A stretch of 63,962 nt of DNA, filler included, from Octopus bimaculoides (taxonomy: Eukaryota): NCBI RefSeq assembly GCF_001194135.2. It is 8 parts of 7 records of this genome, joined end to end, with 100 filler letters (N's around TTAATTAATTAA, not from the genome) between each part and the next. Parts side by side here need not be neighbours in the genome. Positions count along the whole stretch, not along the records: positions 15,506 to 31,182 come from NC_068991.1; positions 31,283 to 42,976 come from NC_068995.1; 6 more parts are not named here. One strand, 5' to 3'. Below, piece by piece: positions 23,193 through 36,179 of the stretch; position 1 is the stretch's first letter; each line of letters opens with the position of its first letter. The translations under genes and the position numbers were made by a program. Below the pieces are notes generated by a model. The model ran no database searches. It saw only the letters and a list, made by a program, of their open reading frames with translations, and was not told the origin of the DNA.

Positions 23193-23842
23193 GAACTTCC
23201 AGTGCTATAGTACCACTGAATAACACCCAGCCTAGTATTCGAGCCATTTCCCTAAGGGAAGAGATCACTAACATGCATACACTGATTCGTTCACACAGCA
23301 ATTCCATGAAGGTTTTCAAACGAGAACTTAACGAAATGCAGAGTAAGTACAGCATGCAGCGCAAAAACTCCAGAGAGCTTGCAAAGAAAGTACTTGTTCA
23401 GAAGAAGCGCTGCAAAATCCAGAACAAATGTTTGTCCGACTTGAACACACGACTTCTCGAAGAAGAACGTAAGGTTGATGAGCTGAGCAGCAAACTTTTA
23501 AGCCAGGGCAAAACGATGGCGGAACTTAATGATAGGGTGAATGACCAGGGGAGGAAAATTGCTGAACTAAACCAGAAGCTTGTTTTGTATGAGGACAAGT
23601 TTACTAGTAAATTACCTTCTTATGCTGACCTTGATACCAAAATCTGTGAAGGGCATGAGGAGGCAGACTTTGACTCCCCTGATTGCAATAGTGTCAGCTC
23701 TGTGTCGGAGCACATAGTGGATCCGTCTTTAGACCACTTAGGTGATATAGCGAACCAGAAAGCCAGAAAGACTATAAAACGAAGGCTTTCCGTGTCTGAA
23801 AATCAAAGTGACCTACCAATCACAAAACATTACAAACAGTAG
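23193..23842 (+). CDS. FBXO28: FBXO28-like, terminal coding exon (coiled coil, basic tail)
   Basis: TTTTAG acceptor; G+GA restores Gly in phase with the previous exon; open ~215 codons to TAG at 23840-42; heptad-rich coiled coil (VFKRELNEMQSK...). Confidence 0.9.
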
Positions 23843-24039
23843 AACTAACTACTTGCCTGTCTGTCTGTCTCTCACAGACTTGGAATGTTACTGAAGGAGA
23901 AAAAGCAAGAAGAGGGGAAAAAAATGGATAAAAAATATATATATATATTACTATTTTAATTTGTTTTTAAATGGACACAGCTCCTTCCATCTTGTAAATA
24001 TATTTAAATGCATATATGTATGTGTGTGTGTATGATGTG

Positions 24040-24100
<61 letters not shown>

Positions 24101-24831
24101 TTTAGCAACATCTTAAGTGAAGAATTTAGCAGCAATTTCTCAGTCTTTTCTGTTTATTTTAGCTCTTCAGGCCATAATAGAGGTGGGAGTATAGGGTTGG
24201 CTGTTCATGGAAACTCTTTAATGTCAACAACCTGGTTTTCCAAGCTCGATCATTTGAAAAGGTTGAGGGAAAGTCCCAAACATGGAAACAAAGCCTACAA
24301 TCTAGAGGTTTAGAATTAAGCGTAGCAAAGACAAAAGTTTTCATTAGCAAGATACAATACAAGCTTTTACTATTATCTCAGAAATGCCATGACTGTTATG
24401 CAGAAAAGAAATCAGTAGAAATTCTAAACTGTGTACTCAGTATAAACAATGGGTGCATAAGCAATGCTGTGATATCACAGATAGGTTGTCAGAAAAGCGA
24501 CTTCAATTATAGCTGATTCACAAGAGTGGTTACCAATTAGATTGGACTCACATTTGCTCAGAAAGCTCAGTAGAAATAGGTAATAGCATCTATACCTCTA
24601 TTATCTAACTAACAGCAGAGGTAGATGTTGCAAAAGCATAATGGCCAGTATATGGTTGAGGTAGAAAGGGTTTGGGGAGTTATTATTTCTGTTGGTACCT
24701 AAGGGATTCTGATGATTAAAGGGCGGATTGTATGATTTTGTATATAAAACGTAAGACTGCATGTTAATGAAACATAGGCATTGAATATAAATCCTAGATA
24801 GGAATGAGGTGAGCAAGCTTGGCCAAATGTA

Positions 24832-25041
24832 CAGGGTGTTCATAAATTACTTTTACAATTTGAAGAATTCATAAAAAATGAAAAATAAGGATAACTCAGC
24901 AGAATTTACTAGATAACTTAGGCAAATAAATAAAATTTTATTAGAAACATCAGAACACTTCCACATGGGCTCCATTGGTTGCATGCAACACATTTTGATA
25001 ATAAATTGTGGGAATTGTAAAGATAATTTATGAACACCTTG
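24832..25041. mobile_element. Tc1/mariner-type MITE with TA target duplication
   Basis: TA|CAGGGTGTTCATAAATTACTTTTACAATT ... AATTGTAAAGATAATTTATGAACACCTTG|TA; ~30 bp TIRs, 210 bp. Confidence 0.85.
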
Positions 25042-25069
25042 TATTCTGTTAGTGTGCATGGAAAACAGC

Positions 25070-25340
25070 AGATAGATAAGCTGAAGGAAACAATTTGTAT
25101 AAGAGGAATCAGATGTGTGCAAGAGAGAAGGTTTCTAGTATAGACGCATGATGCTTTTGAAGGATAACAGTCGGATGAAGTGTTAAGTAATCCAAGTAAA
25201 AGATGTATGCAAAATAGGAAGATTGAGAAAGAAGTGGAATAAAATGGTGAATGCTGGATCTCATGAAAGAAATGAGAAAGGACTGCAACAAGTAGCAAGA
25301 GACTGAACTGGGGAAGACCCATCTGACTCCTGAAAGCATG
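25070..25340 (+). mobile_element. Old RTE C-terminal fragment
   Basis: Degenerate IRGIRCVQERR...GRLRKKWNKMV remnants resembling 10224-10500. Confidence 0.5.
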
Positions 25341-25589
25341 CAGAAACACAAAATGATGACAATATGTTGATGTACTTGAAGCTTTATGCACACACATACT
25401 TTGTGACCCATATGTATGTAATTTTTTTTTTATATAAAACATGCCTTAACACTGCTTTTTTTTAAACAGATTATGTATTTTATATATGTGGATATATGTG
25501 TATATAATATATACATTATATATGTATAATATACACTATATATCATATATGCATGTATGTATATATACAGATATATCATAGTTGTATTC

Positions 25590-25800
25590 AAAAAGACCTG
25601 CTTAGTGGTGAATTGGCATCTATGTTGAGAGGTAACAGTTACTCTCACCTGAAATAGAAGGATCTGTGCCTGTCTGACATGAAAGCAACCAACATCACCT
25701 CCAACACCTGGGAAGCAGTTGCAGCCAGCAAGACTATAGCAGCAAAGAATCACAAGCTTTGAGAAGCAGAGAGCAAAACCTTCATAAGACCTGGGTAGCA
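25590..25800 (+). mobile_element. RTE (BovB-like) C-terminal fragment
   Basis: KDLLSGELASMLRG...HLK*KDLCLSDMKATNITSNTWEAVAAS resembles the BovB-type KxLLYGEL...LRYKDxCKRDMK...WExxA. Confidence 0.6.
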
Positions 25801-26056
25801 TGATGAAATTATGCCATCTTCATTGTTTAACAGCCACTTTTCTGTGGTTGCATTAATCAGGTTGGATTTGTTGAGGTGCATTTTCTACAACCAGATGCTT
25901 TGCCTGATGCCAACCCTCCTCTGTTTCCAAGTAAGGTAATACTTCCAATGACCAAACATGTTTTCATGACGTTGATGTTTGTTTACAACTATCACATGAA
26001 GTCAAGACAATGAGACAGTAATACATACATCTATATACATGTACACACACACACTT

Positions 26057-26473
26057 CATCATCATCATCGTTTAACGTCTGCTTTCCATGCTAGCATAGG
26101 TTGGACGATTTGACTGAGGACTGGTGAACCGGATGGCTACACCAGGCTCCAATCTGATTTGGCAGAGTTTCTACAGCTGGATGCCCTTCCTAACGCCAAC
26201 CACTCAGAGAGTGTAGTGGGTGCTTTTACGTGCCACCAGCACGAAGGCCAGTCAGGCGGTACTGGCAACGGCCACGCTAAAAATGGTGTATTTCACGTGC
26301 CACCTGCACAGGGGTCAGTCCAGTGGCACTGGCACGATCTTGCTCGAATGTCTTTACACATGCCACCGCACATGTGCCAGGAAGGCAACGCTGGGCACAG
26401 GTGTCATCACGATTTCGCTTGGCAAATCATCCAACTCATGCTAGCATGGAATGGACGTTAAAGGATGATGATG
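26057..26473 (-). mobile_element. RTE 3'-end copy with an inverted second tail
   Basis: Left end CATCATCATCGTTTAACGTCTGCTTTCCATGCTAGCATAGGTTGGACGATTTG; right end CAAATCATCCAACTCATGCTAGCATGGAATGGACGTTAAAGGATGATGATG. Confidence 0.85.
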
Positions 26474-26639
26474 GTATATATGTATATATACACACACACA
26501 CACACACACTCAAGCTAAACGAGATGATATTTTGTTTCCTTTTTTTCAGGAATATCTTGATGTATTGGCAAACAGTGTTGGAGAGCATAAGGATTGTAGT
26601 TAAGAAAAAGTTAGTTGATGTGGAGGACTGGAAGTCATC

Positions 26640-27260
26640 GGAATATTGGAAGAAAGTTACCTGCATAATGATGATTTATGCTAGGTATCAAAATGCTAAC
26701 ATCAACATTTGCTGCTCAGTGCTCTGTGAACACTGTAAAGACTGTAAGATGTTACATAGACAGCTGCAACAGAGACTATGAAGCCTTGTGCAGCAGGAAG
26801 GGACACAACAGGCAGTTTGACGGTGTTAGCACACCAGAATTCATCCCCACATTTTTGAACAAGGCCATAGGCTCAATTCAGATGACTGAAGTTGTTCAAG
26901 ACTGGTCAAATCCTGGCTGGAGAGAGTTGCTGCTGGAAGGCCATATGTGTACCAGCAGGATTCTGCTTCTTGCCATACCTCCAGAAAGAGTTAGAAGCAA
27001 TCATCAGAGAATTTCTACAACTTAGCCAACCCCAATTTCTGGCCCCCTAATTCTCCCAATTGTAATCCCATAGGTTATTATGTGTGGGGCATAGTTGAGA
27101 AAGGTACCAACTTCTCTGCCTACAATACCAAGGCTGAGCTCATGGCTTAGATGAAGGAAGTGTTTGAAGATCTTCCCAGGAACACACTGAGGAACGTGTG
27201 CACCAGGTTCTGGAGCTGTCTTGAGGCCATGAAGTAAGCTGAGAGTGGCTAATTTGAGTT
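26640..27260 (+). mobile_element. Decayed, internally deleted DD37D (maT-like) transposase
   Basis: WLERVAAGRPYVYQQDSASCHTSRKS*...FWPPNSPNCNPIGYYVWGIVE...RFWSCLEA; 37 residues between the QQD aspartate and the last (here mutated D>G) catalytic position. Confidence 0.75.
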
Positions 27261-27439
27261 GATATTTTTGATTTGTTTTAAATAGTTAAATTTTTAATTG
27301 TGCAATTACTATCTCAAAACAACTTTCTTCAGATTGTCATATTAGTTAGACAAGATCTGCACAAATACTTGCTAAGACTTAAGTTAAAGTTTATCAATGT
27401 GTATGTGCATATATATATATAATATATATGCACATGTAT

Positions 27440-27735
27440 GAGGCCCTACCTATTTTATTTGCCGGATACTACCCCATCTAATTATCATTTATTCCATAGT
27501 CTTCTAAATCATTTGGACGGAAAAAATATAAATTCTGTAGATGAGGTCAGAACAGTACTGGAGGAGTGTTTTTCATGATGGACAAGCGAAGAGGGGCATT
27601 GCAAGTCTACCAGATAGATGGAAGAGCATTGTAGAAAATGAAGGAGAGTATATTTTAGATTAAAACGAACTTTGTTCATTTTAATTTTGAAAAATAAAAA
27701 GAAGTATAAAAAAACTGCATTATTTATGGGCATAA
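27440..27735 (+). mobile_element. Mariner transposase 3' fragment
   Basis: Degenerate PYxxxxAPSxYHLF..L.NHLDGKNINSVDEVRTVLEE...GIASLPDRWKSIVENEGEYILD*; its last ~70 bp are repeated at 27915-27985. Confidence 0.75.
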
Positions 27736-28774
27736 TTGTATATTAATATTTAGTTATGCTCATAATTATATGTTAATACTATATTAGTATCAGGAATAGT
27801 TAAGTTCAAGGTAAATAATTATTATACTGTATATAGTATATTTATGTTCAAGGCAAATAGCATTATAATATAATGGTACATAGTATATTTATGTTAAGGA
27901 ATACTCACTTTATTTTTGATAAACTTTGTTTATTTTAATTTTGAAAAATAAAAAGAAGTATAAAAAAACTGCATTATTTATGGGATGTGTGTAAGTGCAG
28001 GTGTTGATGTGTGATTGAGAAGTTTGTTTCCAAACCACATAATTTCAAGTTCAGTCCCATTATGTGGCAAGCCTTGTGAGTGGATTTGGTAAATGGAAAC
28101 TGAAATCTATCCATCTATATATGCCTGTTTATGTATAAATGTGTGCATGTGATGGATATTAATGTTGCTTTGTCTTGACATCATGTGACAGTTGTTATAC
28201 GTGCATGTGTTGTCTTGAATTTTCATTCTTCTGTGAAAACGTCTGGCCAGCGGAGAAATATTACCTTCCTTGAAAACAGGTGAGAATTAGTGATAGGAAG
28301 GGCATCCAGCTGTAGAAAATCTTCCTCCATGAATTTCATTTGATCCATGTGGACATTGAGAAACAATGTTGATAATGATAATCACATACACACACACACA
28401 CACACATGCATTCATGTAGAATTTCATGTATACATTGTTCAAATACAAATATAAATGCCATAAAATATAGACAGAATATATTTTTTTTTATTGCAAGGAA
28501 ATTACACATATATGTGCAACATAATTATTATAATGTCTTAAATTTGTATAAAATTTGTATAAACAAAATATAAAATATAGATCTGGATTATACATAAGTT
28601 TATCAAAGCATGATACAATTAAAATAGGTCGGTTCAACTCTGCTACTCACAAACATTTAAAAAACTGCTGAAGTTATCACACAGCCACTTGTAGCACCTT
28701 CGGAAGAAAAAGAAAAGAAAATTATTTCTTACATAGGCTCATGGTAAGTTTATCATTGTTATTGTTATTATTAG

Positions 28775-30540
28775 AGCGGTGAGCTGGCAGAATCATTAGC
28801 ACACTGGATAAAATGCTTAGCAGTATTTCGCCAATCACTATGTTATGAGTTCAAATTCCACCAAGGTTGACTTTGCCTTTCATCCTTTCAGGGTCGATAA
28901 ATTAAGTACCAATGAAACACTGGGGTCGATGTAATTGCCTTTCCCCCTCCCCACAAGTTCAAGGCCTTGTGCCTCCAGTAGAAAGGATTATCATTGTTAT
29001 TGTTGTAATTGTTATATTTCAAATCCTGCTACGGTCAGCTTAGCCTTTCATTCTGTCAAGTTCTCTAAAATAATCTACCTGTCAAGCCAAGTGGTGGAGT
29101 CGATTTAATTGATTAACCCACTTCCTCAAAATTTCAGGCCTTCTGTTTGAACTATTGATTTCAAATTTTGACACAAGGCCAGAAAGTTCGGGGGTGATAG
29201 GTAAGGCAATTATATCAACCCCAGTGCTCAGCTGGTACTTTTGACCCACCTTGTAATATACAATAAACTGTTAAGACATAATTAGCTATAAATCTGTTTG
29301 TGTATCATGCCATAATTACATGAAACATTGTTCAGCCAGCCTGGTCTTTTTGAAAAAGTCGTCTTCCATTACAGAAGAAAAGGCACACACAGAAACACAT
29401 GCATGTATAAACACACAAATGCACACATGTATATATATATTCGTTGATACACACAAGAGAACATACCAATAACAGATGCGAATACCAAGATTTCTTTGAG
29501 AAGTAATCACCAAATGAAGGGAATGGCAATCTTCCTGGTCTTTGGATAGTTGTCAAATTTCTGCAAATAAAACCTGGAAAACAAATAAAGTTAATATATT
29601 GATAGAGAGCCTGTAGCAAAAAAAAAAAACCCATTCCAACTATATTTTTGATATCATTATTATGTAAGGAAAAATTGCAGTATTTAGTTAGTTCTTCATG
29701 TTGTTAGTTCAAATTCAGTTGAAGTCAGCTTCACCTTTTGTTCTTCTGGGGTACATAAATTAATGTATCAATCACATACTGAAGTCAATATAATCAACTG
29801 TTATTCTGCCATAGAAAAGTTTCTGTGCTTTATGCCTATCTTAGAAATTATTATTATTATTGATAATGCGGCGAACGAGTAGAGTCATTAGCAGGCTGGA
29901 AGAAATGTTTAGTTGTATTTCACCTGTCACTATGTTCTGAGTTCAAATTCTGCCGAAGTTGACTTTACCTTTCATCCTTTTGGGGTTGATAAATTAAGAT
30001 AAATTAAGAAACACTGGGGTCGATGTTAATGACTAGTCCCCTCGCCCCAAATTTCAGTCCTTTTGCCTTTAGTAGAAAGAATTACTATTATTGATAAGGC
30101 GGTGAGCTGGCAAAATTGTTAGCACACCAAGCAAAATGCTTATCAGTGTTTCACCCATCCTAATGTTATGAGTTCACAGTCCACCAAGGTCGACTTTGCC
30201 TTTCACCCTTTTGGGGTCAATAAAATAAGTACCAACTTAGTACTGGGGTTGGTGCAATTGACTTATTCCTGTCCTTCCAAAATTCAGGCCTTGTACCTAT
30301 AGCAGAAAGGATTATTATTATTATTATCGATAAGGTATGGAGCTGGCAAAATCGTTAGCACATTAAGCAAGACGCTTAGTGGCATTTCGTCCATCCTTAT
30401 GTTCTGAGTTCAAATTCTGTTGAGGTTGATTGTCTTTGCCTTTCATCCTTTTGAAGTCAATAAAATTAAGTACCAGTGAAACACTGGGGTCGATGCAATC
30501 AACTAGTGCTCTCCCCACAAAATTTCAGTCTTGAGCTAGC
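28775..30540 (+). mobile_element. Cluster of head-to-tail Nin-domain-like tRNA SINEs (family S2)
   Basis: Clear units at ~28775-28990, 29875-30090, 30095-30320, 30330-30535, with more degenerate copies between; each has GGCGGTGAGCTGGCAGAATC head, GACTTTGCCTTTCATCCTTTCGGGGTCGATAAATTAAGTACCAG core and (ATT)n tail. Confidence 0.8.
29507..29573 (-). CDS. Terminal coding exon of a 3-oxo-5-alpha-steroid 4-dehydrogenase (SRD5A1/2-like)
   Basis: Pyrimidine tract TTTGTTTTCCAG, then G-TTT TAT TTG...: (R)FYLQKFDNYPKTRKIAIPFIW*. Matches SRD5A C-termini as I recall them (RFYLKMFEDYPKSRKALIPFIF; WYLRKFEEYPKFRKIIIPFLF) with the same phase-2 intron position. Upstream exons not found. Confidence 0.7.
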
Positions 30541-30614
30541 AAGAGGTGCAAAGAAGGGTAGCTACATCAAACTCCATTCTTCACCAAGTGGTTACATGAC
30601 TTTCTGAAAGATAG

Positions 30615-31182
30615 AAGTCAGGCAATAATGGCTAATGGAGGAGACACCTCTATGAAAACACAAATAGTGAGCGGTGTTTCACAGGGCACTGTCTTGGGAC
30701 CATTGCTTTTTATAGTCGCCCTCATGTGCCCGGATAGCCACCCTTGCAAGCTATGCAGACAATATGAAAGTCTCGCAGAAAATACAGAACTCCAGTGATG
30801 TTGCACATCTGCAGCAGGAGTTGGACTCGATTTACAGATGGGCTGAGGATAATAATATGCAGTTTAATGCTGAAAAATTCAAAGCTCTGCACTACCAACA
30901 TCCAAAACTGAATATGAAACTTACTGAGTACACTGGTCCGCAGGGAATTTCAATCCCAGAGCCTAAATCAGTGAGAGACCTGGGTATCGACATGAGTGAT
31001 GATACCTCTTTCCAAGTACACATTACCAGGATGGCGACAAAGTGCAGACGAATGGCTGGATGGATCCTGAGAACATTCAGAACCAGAGATAAGGAAACCA
31101 TGATGGTCCTCTGGAAGACATTTGTTCTCAGCCGTCTGGATTACTGCTCACAGCTATGGTCACCCACCAGTGTGAAATTAAC
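30615..31182 (+). mobile_element. CR1-group LINE reverse transcriptase fragment
   Basis: SGVSQGTVLGPLLF, YADNMK, LQQELDSIYRWAEDNNMQFNAEKFK, VRDLGI, LRTFRTRD, SRLDYCSQLWSP; ends at a spacer. Confidence 0.9.
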
Positions 31183-31282
31183 NNNNNNNNNNNNNNNNNN
31201 NNNNNNNNNNNNNNNNNNNNNNNNNNTTAATTAATTAANNNNNNNNNNNNNNNNNNNNNNNNNNNNNNNNNNNNNNNNNNNN

Positions 31283-31300
31283 TAAAGAGAGCAAGGGAGG

Positions 31301-31332
<32 letters not shown>

Positions 31333-31483
31333 AGCAGATAGAGATAGAGAGACAGAGAAAGAGATAAAGAGACAGATAGAGAGATAAAGAGAGAGGGAAG
31401 AAAGCGACAAGCCGTGTAATGTTGTGTAAGAGAACATTAAGAAAATGGAAGTGTTTGTGTACAATGTGACAGAGTGATATAGC

Positions 31484-31531
<48 letters not shown>

Positions 31532-32410
31532 AGTGCGTCTGTGCGAGTGTGTGCATAACTGTGTGTGTGCGTGTGCTTGTGTTTGTGTGGGTACATTAAG
31601 TGACAAATTAATACAATGAGAGACAGAAAGAGAGAGAGAGAGTGAGAGAGTGGGGATAGAAAGAGAAGGAAGAAGAGCTAGTAAGAGAAAGTGTGTTTAC
31701 ATGCGCACGTGTACGTATGTGTGTGCGTGTTTGTGGCTGTGTGTGTGTGTGTGTGTGTATTTGTGAGCATTGAATGACGAAGTGAGATAGTGAAAGTAGG
31801 ATTTGTGTGGGATGCGTCGGTATATGTTGAATGTCAGTAATAGAGTGAGAAAGTGTGCGACAGAGAGAGGGAGAGAGAGTGTGTCTGTGTGTGTGTGTGT
31901 GTGTGGTGTATGAGTTATGTTGCAGATAGACAGAGTGAAAGTGGGAGAGAGAGAGAAAGAGAGAGAAGGGCGTATATTGAGCAAGAAAGGGAGAGACAGA
32001 TAGAATGAGAAAGCGAGTGAAAGTGTGAGAAAGAGCGAGACAGCAAGTGTGTGTGTGTGTGTGTGTGTTGGTGTATGGGTGCTCGTCTGTGTGTATACAT
32101 CAAATGAGCGATATTGCATCTGTATGCATATGTGTGTGTACGGTGTGTGTGTGTGTACGGTGTGTGAGTGTACAGTTTGTGTGCGTACGGTGTGTGTGTG
32201 TACGGTGTGTGTATGTGTATGTTTTAGTATGTGTTTATGTCTGTTTATGTGAGTTTACAGTAAGTGACGGAGTAATACAGAGAGAGAAAGACAAAGAAAG
32301 AGAAAGAGAGGGGGCGGGAAAAAGAGTATGTGTGTGGTGTATATAAATATATATGACACTAAGTGAGAGAGTGAGTGATATAACATCTGATAATGTGTGT
32401 GTGTGTGGTG
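31283..32410. repeat. Compound (GA)n/(GT)n low-complexity tract
   Basis: Alternating GA and GT dinucleotide arrays, with TGTGTGTGTACGG units near 32140-32210. Confidence 0.9.
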
Positions 32411-32589
32411 TGTGCGGTGTTTGGAAGGTGTGCAGAAATAAATAGGGAACGGAGAAGGAAGATCGGGGTTTTTGACGGTGATCGGGAGCACGCGAAGGAA
32501 AAGGTGACTTTTGACTGTGGAAAATATCTTTAGCTTCTCGCAGTGAAAAAAAGAACACAAACTATTGTCATATATTCATTTTTATAACT

Positions 32590-32620
<31 letters not shown>

Positions 32621-32670
32621 TATATATATACCTACATATATATCTACATATTTATACTTATATCTATCTA

Positions 32671-32703
<33 letters not shown>

Positions 32704-33083
32704 GCATATATATCTATACTTATGTAAATATAACGTAAATATACATACATATAATTAAAACATATATATATATATATATGTGTGTATGTGTGTGTGTACA
32801 TCATACATACACACATTCGTACGTACATACATATATACATACATGCATACATATATACATACGTATACAGGTATGTTCGTAACATATATGTTTGCACTCA
32901 GATTTCATTAAAATACGCTGATGTAGTGACATATAGATTTTCACATATATTTATATACATACATACATACCCACAAAGATATATCTATATATATATATAC
33001 ACACACATAGACAAAAGCATATCCATATCTATATATGAAGCGCAAACAGTTACGGGTATAGATTAACAAATACATTTACATTC

Positions 33084-33130
<47 letters not shown>

Positions 33131-33169
33131 GTAAACATAAAAATATATCTATATACATATATATATATC

Positions 33170-33239
<70 letters not shown>

Positions 33240-33523
33240 CATATATAAATATATATGTATACATATGTATGTATATACATAGAAAGAAGTTTAAGCATAA
33301 GTTCGTAGGTGTGCGCATGTGTGCGCGCATGCATGTGTAAGTACGTGTCGCTGTTTCTGAATGTGAGTGTGTGTGTGTGTGTGTCAACATCTTTGTTTAT
33401 AAACGTGCGATAACAAAGTTACATCGTTTAATACTTCATTTATGAGAGCAACAAGAAGTCTATAAACAAAATTAAAACAGACCAATGCAATATAATTAAT
33501 AATAATAAGTATTATCATTACTA

Positions 33524-33554
<31 letters not shown>

Positions 33555-33910
33555 TAACGTTCTTAAAGAGGAAATACGTGTACTTTGACGACAACAGGAG
33601 TGACTCTTGAACCAAGTTGATAAAAGAATTTTTATTACAAAGTTAAGGATCTTGATATACTAAGGACACCGACAGAAAAGGAATCGCTTTGTCTATAGGT
33701 GAGTTTCAATTTTCATTTGTATGTCTCAAGGAATTGTCGTTATTTTGTGGTATCTGAAGACTTGGTGACCGAAACTTCAAAGTCACTGTTCACACTTCTT
33801 GTAAAAGTATGTTAAATGTATACGGTAGAAAAAAGTATTGAAATATTTTTCAGCTTAATGTTGAATTGTGTTTATAATAATTTTGCATAAAAACAAGCAG
33901 TAATATACAT

Positions 33911-33942
<32 letters not shown>

Positions 33943-34138
33943 GTATGTATAGGTATTGGTATGTTGGTGGAAACACATTTAGCAGAAGTAACAGAGTGAC
34001 TGAAAGTCCGAGAGTTTCGTGCCTTGACGCTTTTCAAACTAGTTTGTTAAGGACCAACGCACGAAACTCTCGGACCTTAATTAAAATATGTGTGTGCGTG
34101 AGTGAGTGTGTGTGTGTGTAAATGTGTGTGTGTAAATG

Positions 34139-34225
<87 letters not shown>

Positions 34226-35067
34226 CAATATAAATGCATATCTATATATAAATATGTATACACATATACATACATAACTATATATATATAAACCTATATA
34301 AATGTACACACACATACACACACACGCACACACATATACTAATATTTCTTTTTATGCTCAATTAAATATAATTATATATAAACCTGGGGTTACTCTATAC
34401 TTTTGTAGAGTATAAATTTAATATTCTTCGAAACTTCGATGTCACTATCATCAAAATTCTTGTATAATAATAATAATAATAATATATACATCCATACGTA
34501 TATATATATGTATATATATGTATGTATTTATATTTATATACAAACATATTTATATTCAAGTTTACATATATGTTCACACACACACATATTAAGAAGTGTG
34601 TATATATATATGTGTGTATGTATATGTATATATATATGTTTATATATGCTTGTACATAGTGTATAGAGCTTACACTATATATTTATATGATTGAAGTCTG
34701 AGAAAACGTGCACAGTATAAGGAACATACACGCTGGCAGATATACATAAATATATACATATGCAGGGATACATATATGCATACATATAAAATTACATATA
34801 CATGTATACACACACCGGCCCACACACGCACACACCACTACAATTATATATAAGAATAAAAACCACAAACGTGCACACACACACACGTACACACGGACAC
34901 AAATACACACACGGACGTAAGAAGTAAAAACGATATACACAAATCGTTATGCACGCGCACACGTAATGGACAGTATTACCTTCTCCGTTGTGTTCACATA
35001 CAGAAACATATTGGTATATCACACACATGCACGCATACACAAATGCCCGCATGCACAAACATTCAAA

Positions 35068-35101
<34 letters not shown>

Positions 35102-35690
35102 GAATTATCAAGAACTTCCTTAATCCAACCGAAAAAAACAAAAAACAAAAAAAAAAGCGGTAGGCTTCGCCAAACGGTATCTGCTGTGAGACTGAGCCGT
35201 GTTTAAGTATTCATCGACGCATAACGTGTTCGCTTCCCAACCTGGTCCCTTTTGTGTTTTAATCTTATATATGTGTGTGTGTGTGTGCTTGTGTGTGCAT
35301 GTGTGTATATGCATATATATATATGTATGTATGTATTTTTGCATGTATACATATATCTAGGCATTCACATATATGTATGTATGTATGTGTGTATATATAT
35401 GTAAGCTTGAGAGCATGTTCTCAATACTTGATTAAATAAATACCGATCGAAGTAATCGAATATTCACCACATCTTCGCCACCACCACCATGACATCCGCC
35501 ACCACACCTTAAATACTTGAATTTGTTCATATATTGACTGGTGGCGGGCGAAGTCGCACAATCGTTAGGGCGTCGGAAATAAACAGAATAATAAAGACCT
35601 GCAATATCTCTTCCGGCTCTTTAAGATCCGAGTTCAAATCCCGTTGAAGTCAACTTCTCTTGTCATTATTCCAGAGGAGATAAATTAAAG

Positions 35691-35905
35691 TACCGTAGCC
35701 TAAAAGACGCACCGGCATTTTAGAAGGACCTGAATTTCAGTGTGTGTCAGGGACAAATTGGCTTATGGGTGGGGGTGCAACTTCACACTTCATCCTAGGG
35801 TTGATTTTTTAAATTTTTTTATTTTTTTAATATTTTTTTTTTTGCTTTTTGAGACTTTTTCTGTCTTTTGAAAAACATTGCGTCTTATATGCCATCAAAA
35901 ACGGT
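35691..35905. mobile_element. Degenerate pogo/Tc2-like MITE
   Basis: TACCGTAGCCTAAAAGACGCACC at the left end; GCGTCTTATATGCCATCAAAAACGGT at the right end; T-rich core. Confidence 0.5.
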
Positions 35906-36179
35906 TGCACCTCGAATAGGAGGGAATTTTATTGACTCAGCTCTTTCCCAAAATTCCAATACTTGTACTCGAACAATGTATGCAAGGAGCACACGCACTT
36001 TTGCCCCTCCGTCACGTTCACACACACGGACACATGCACACAAGCACATACACGCACGCGTGCACAGAATTATGAGGAACTTTCTTAATCGAGAGACGAT
36101 AGCTTTGCCACACGCAGCACATTGAGTGAAACTGAACATATTTAAGTGTTCACTGTTGCGTAACGAGTTCACATCCTAC

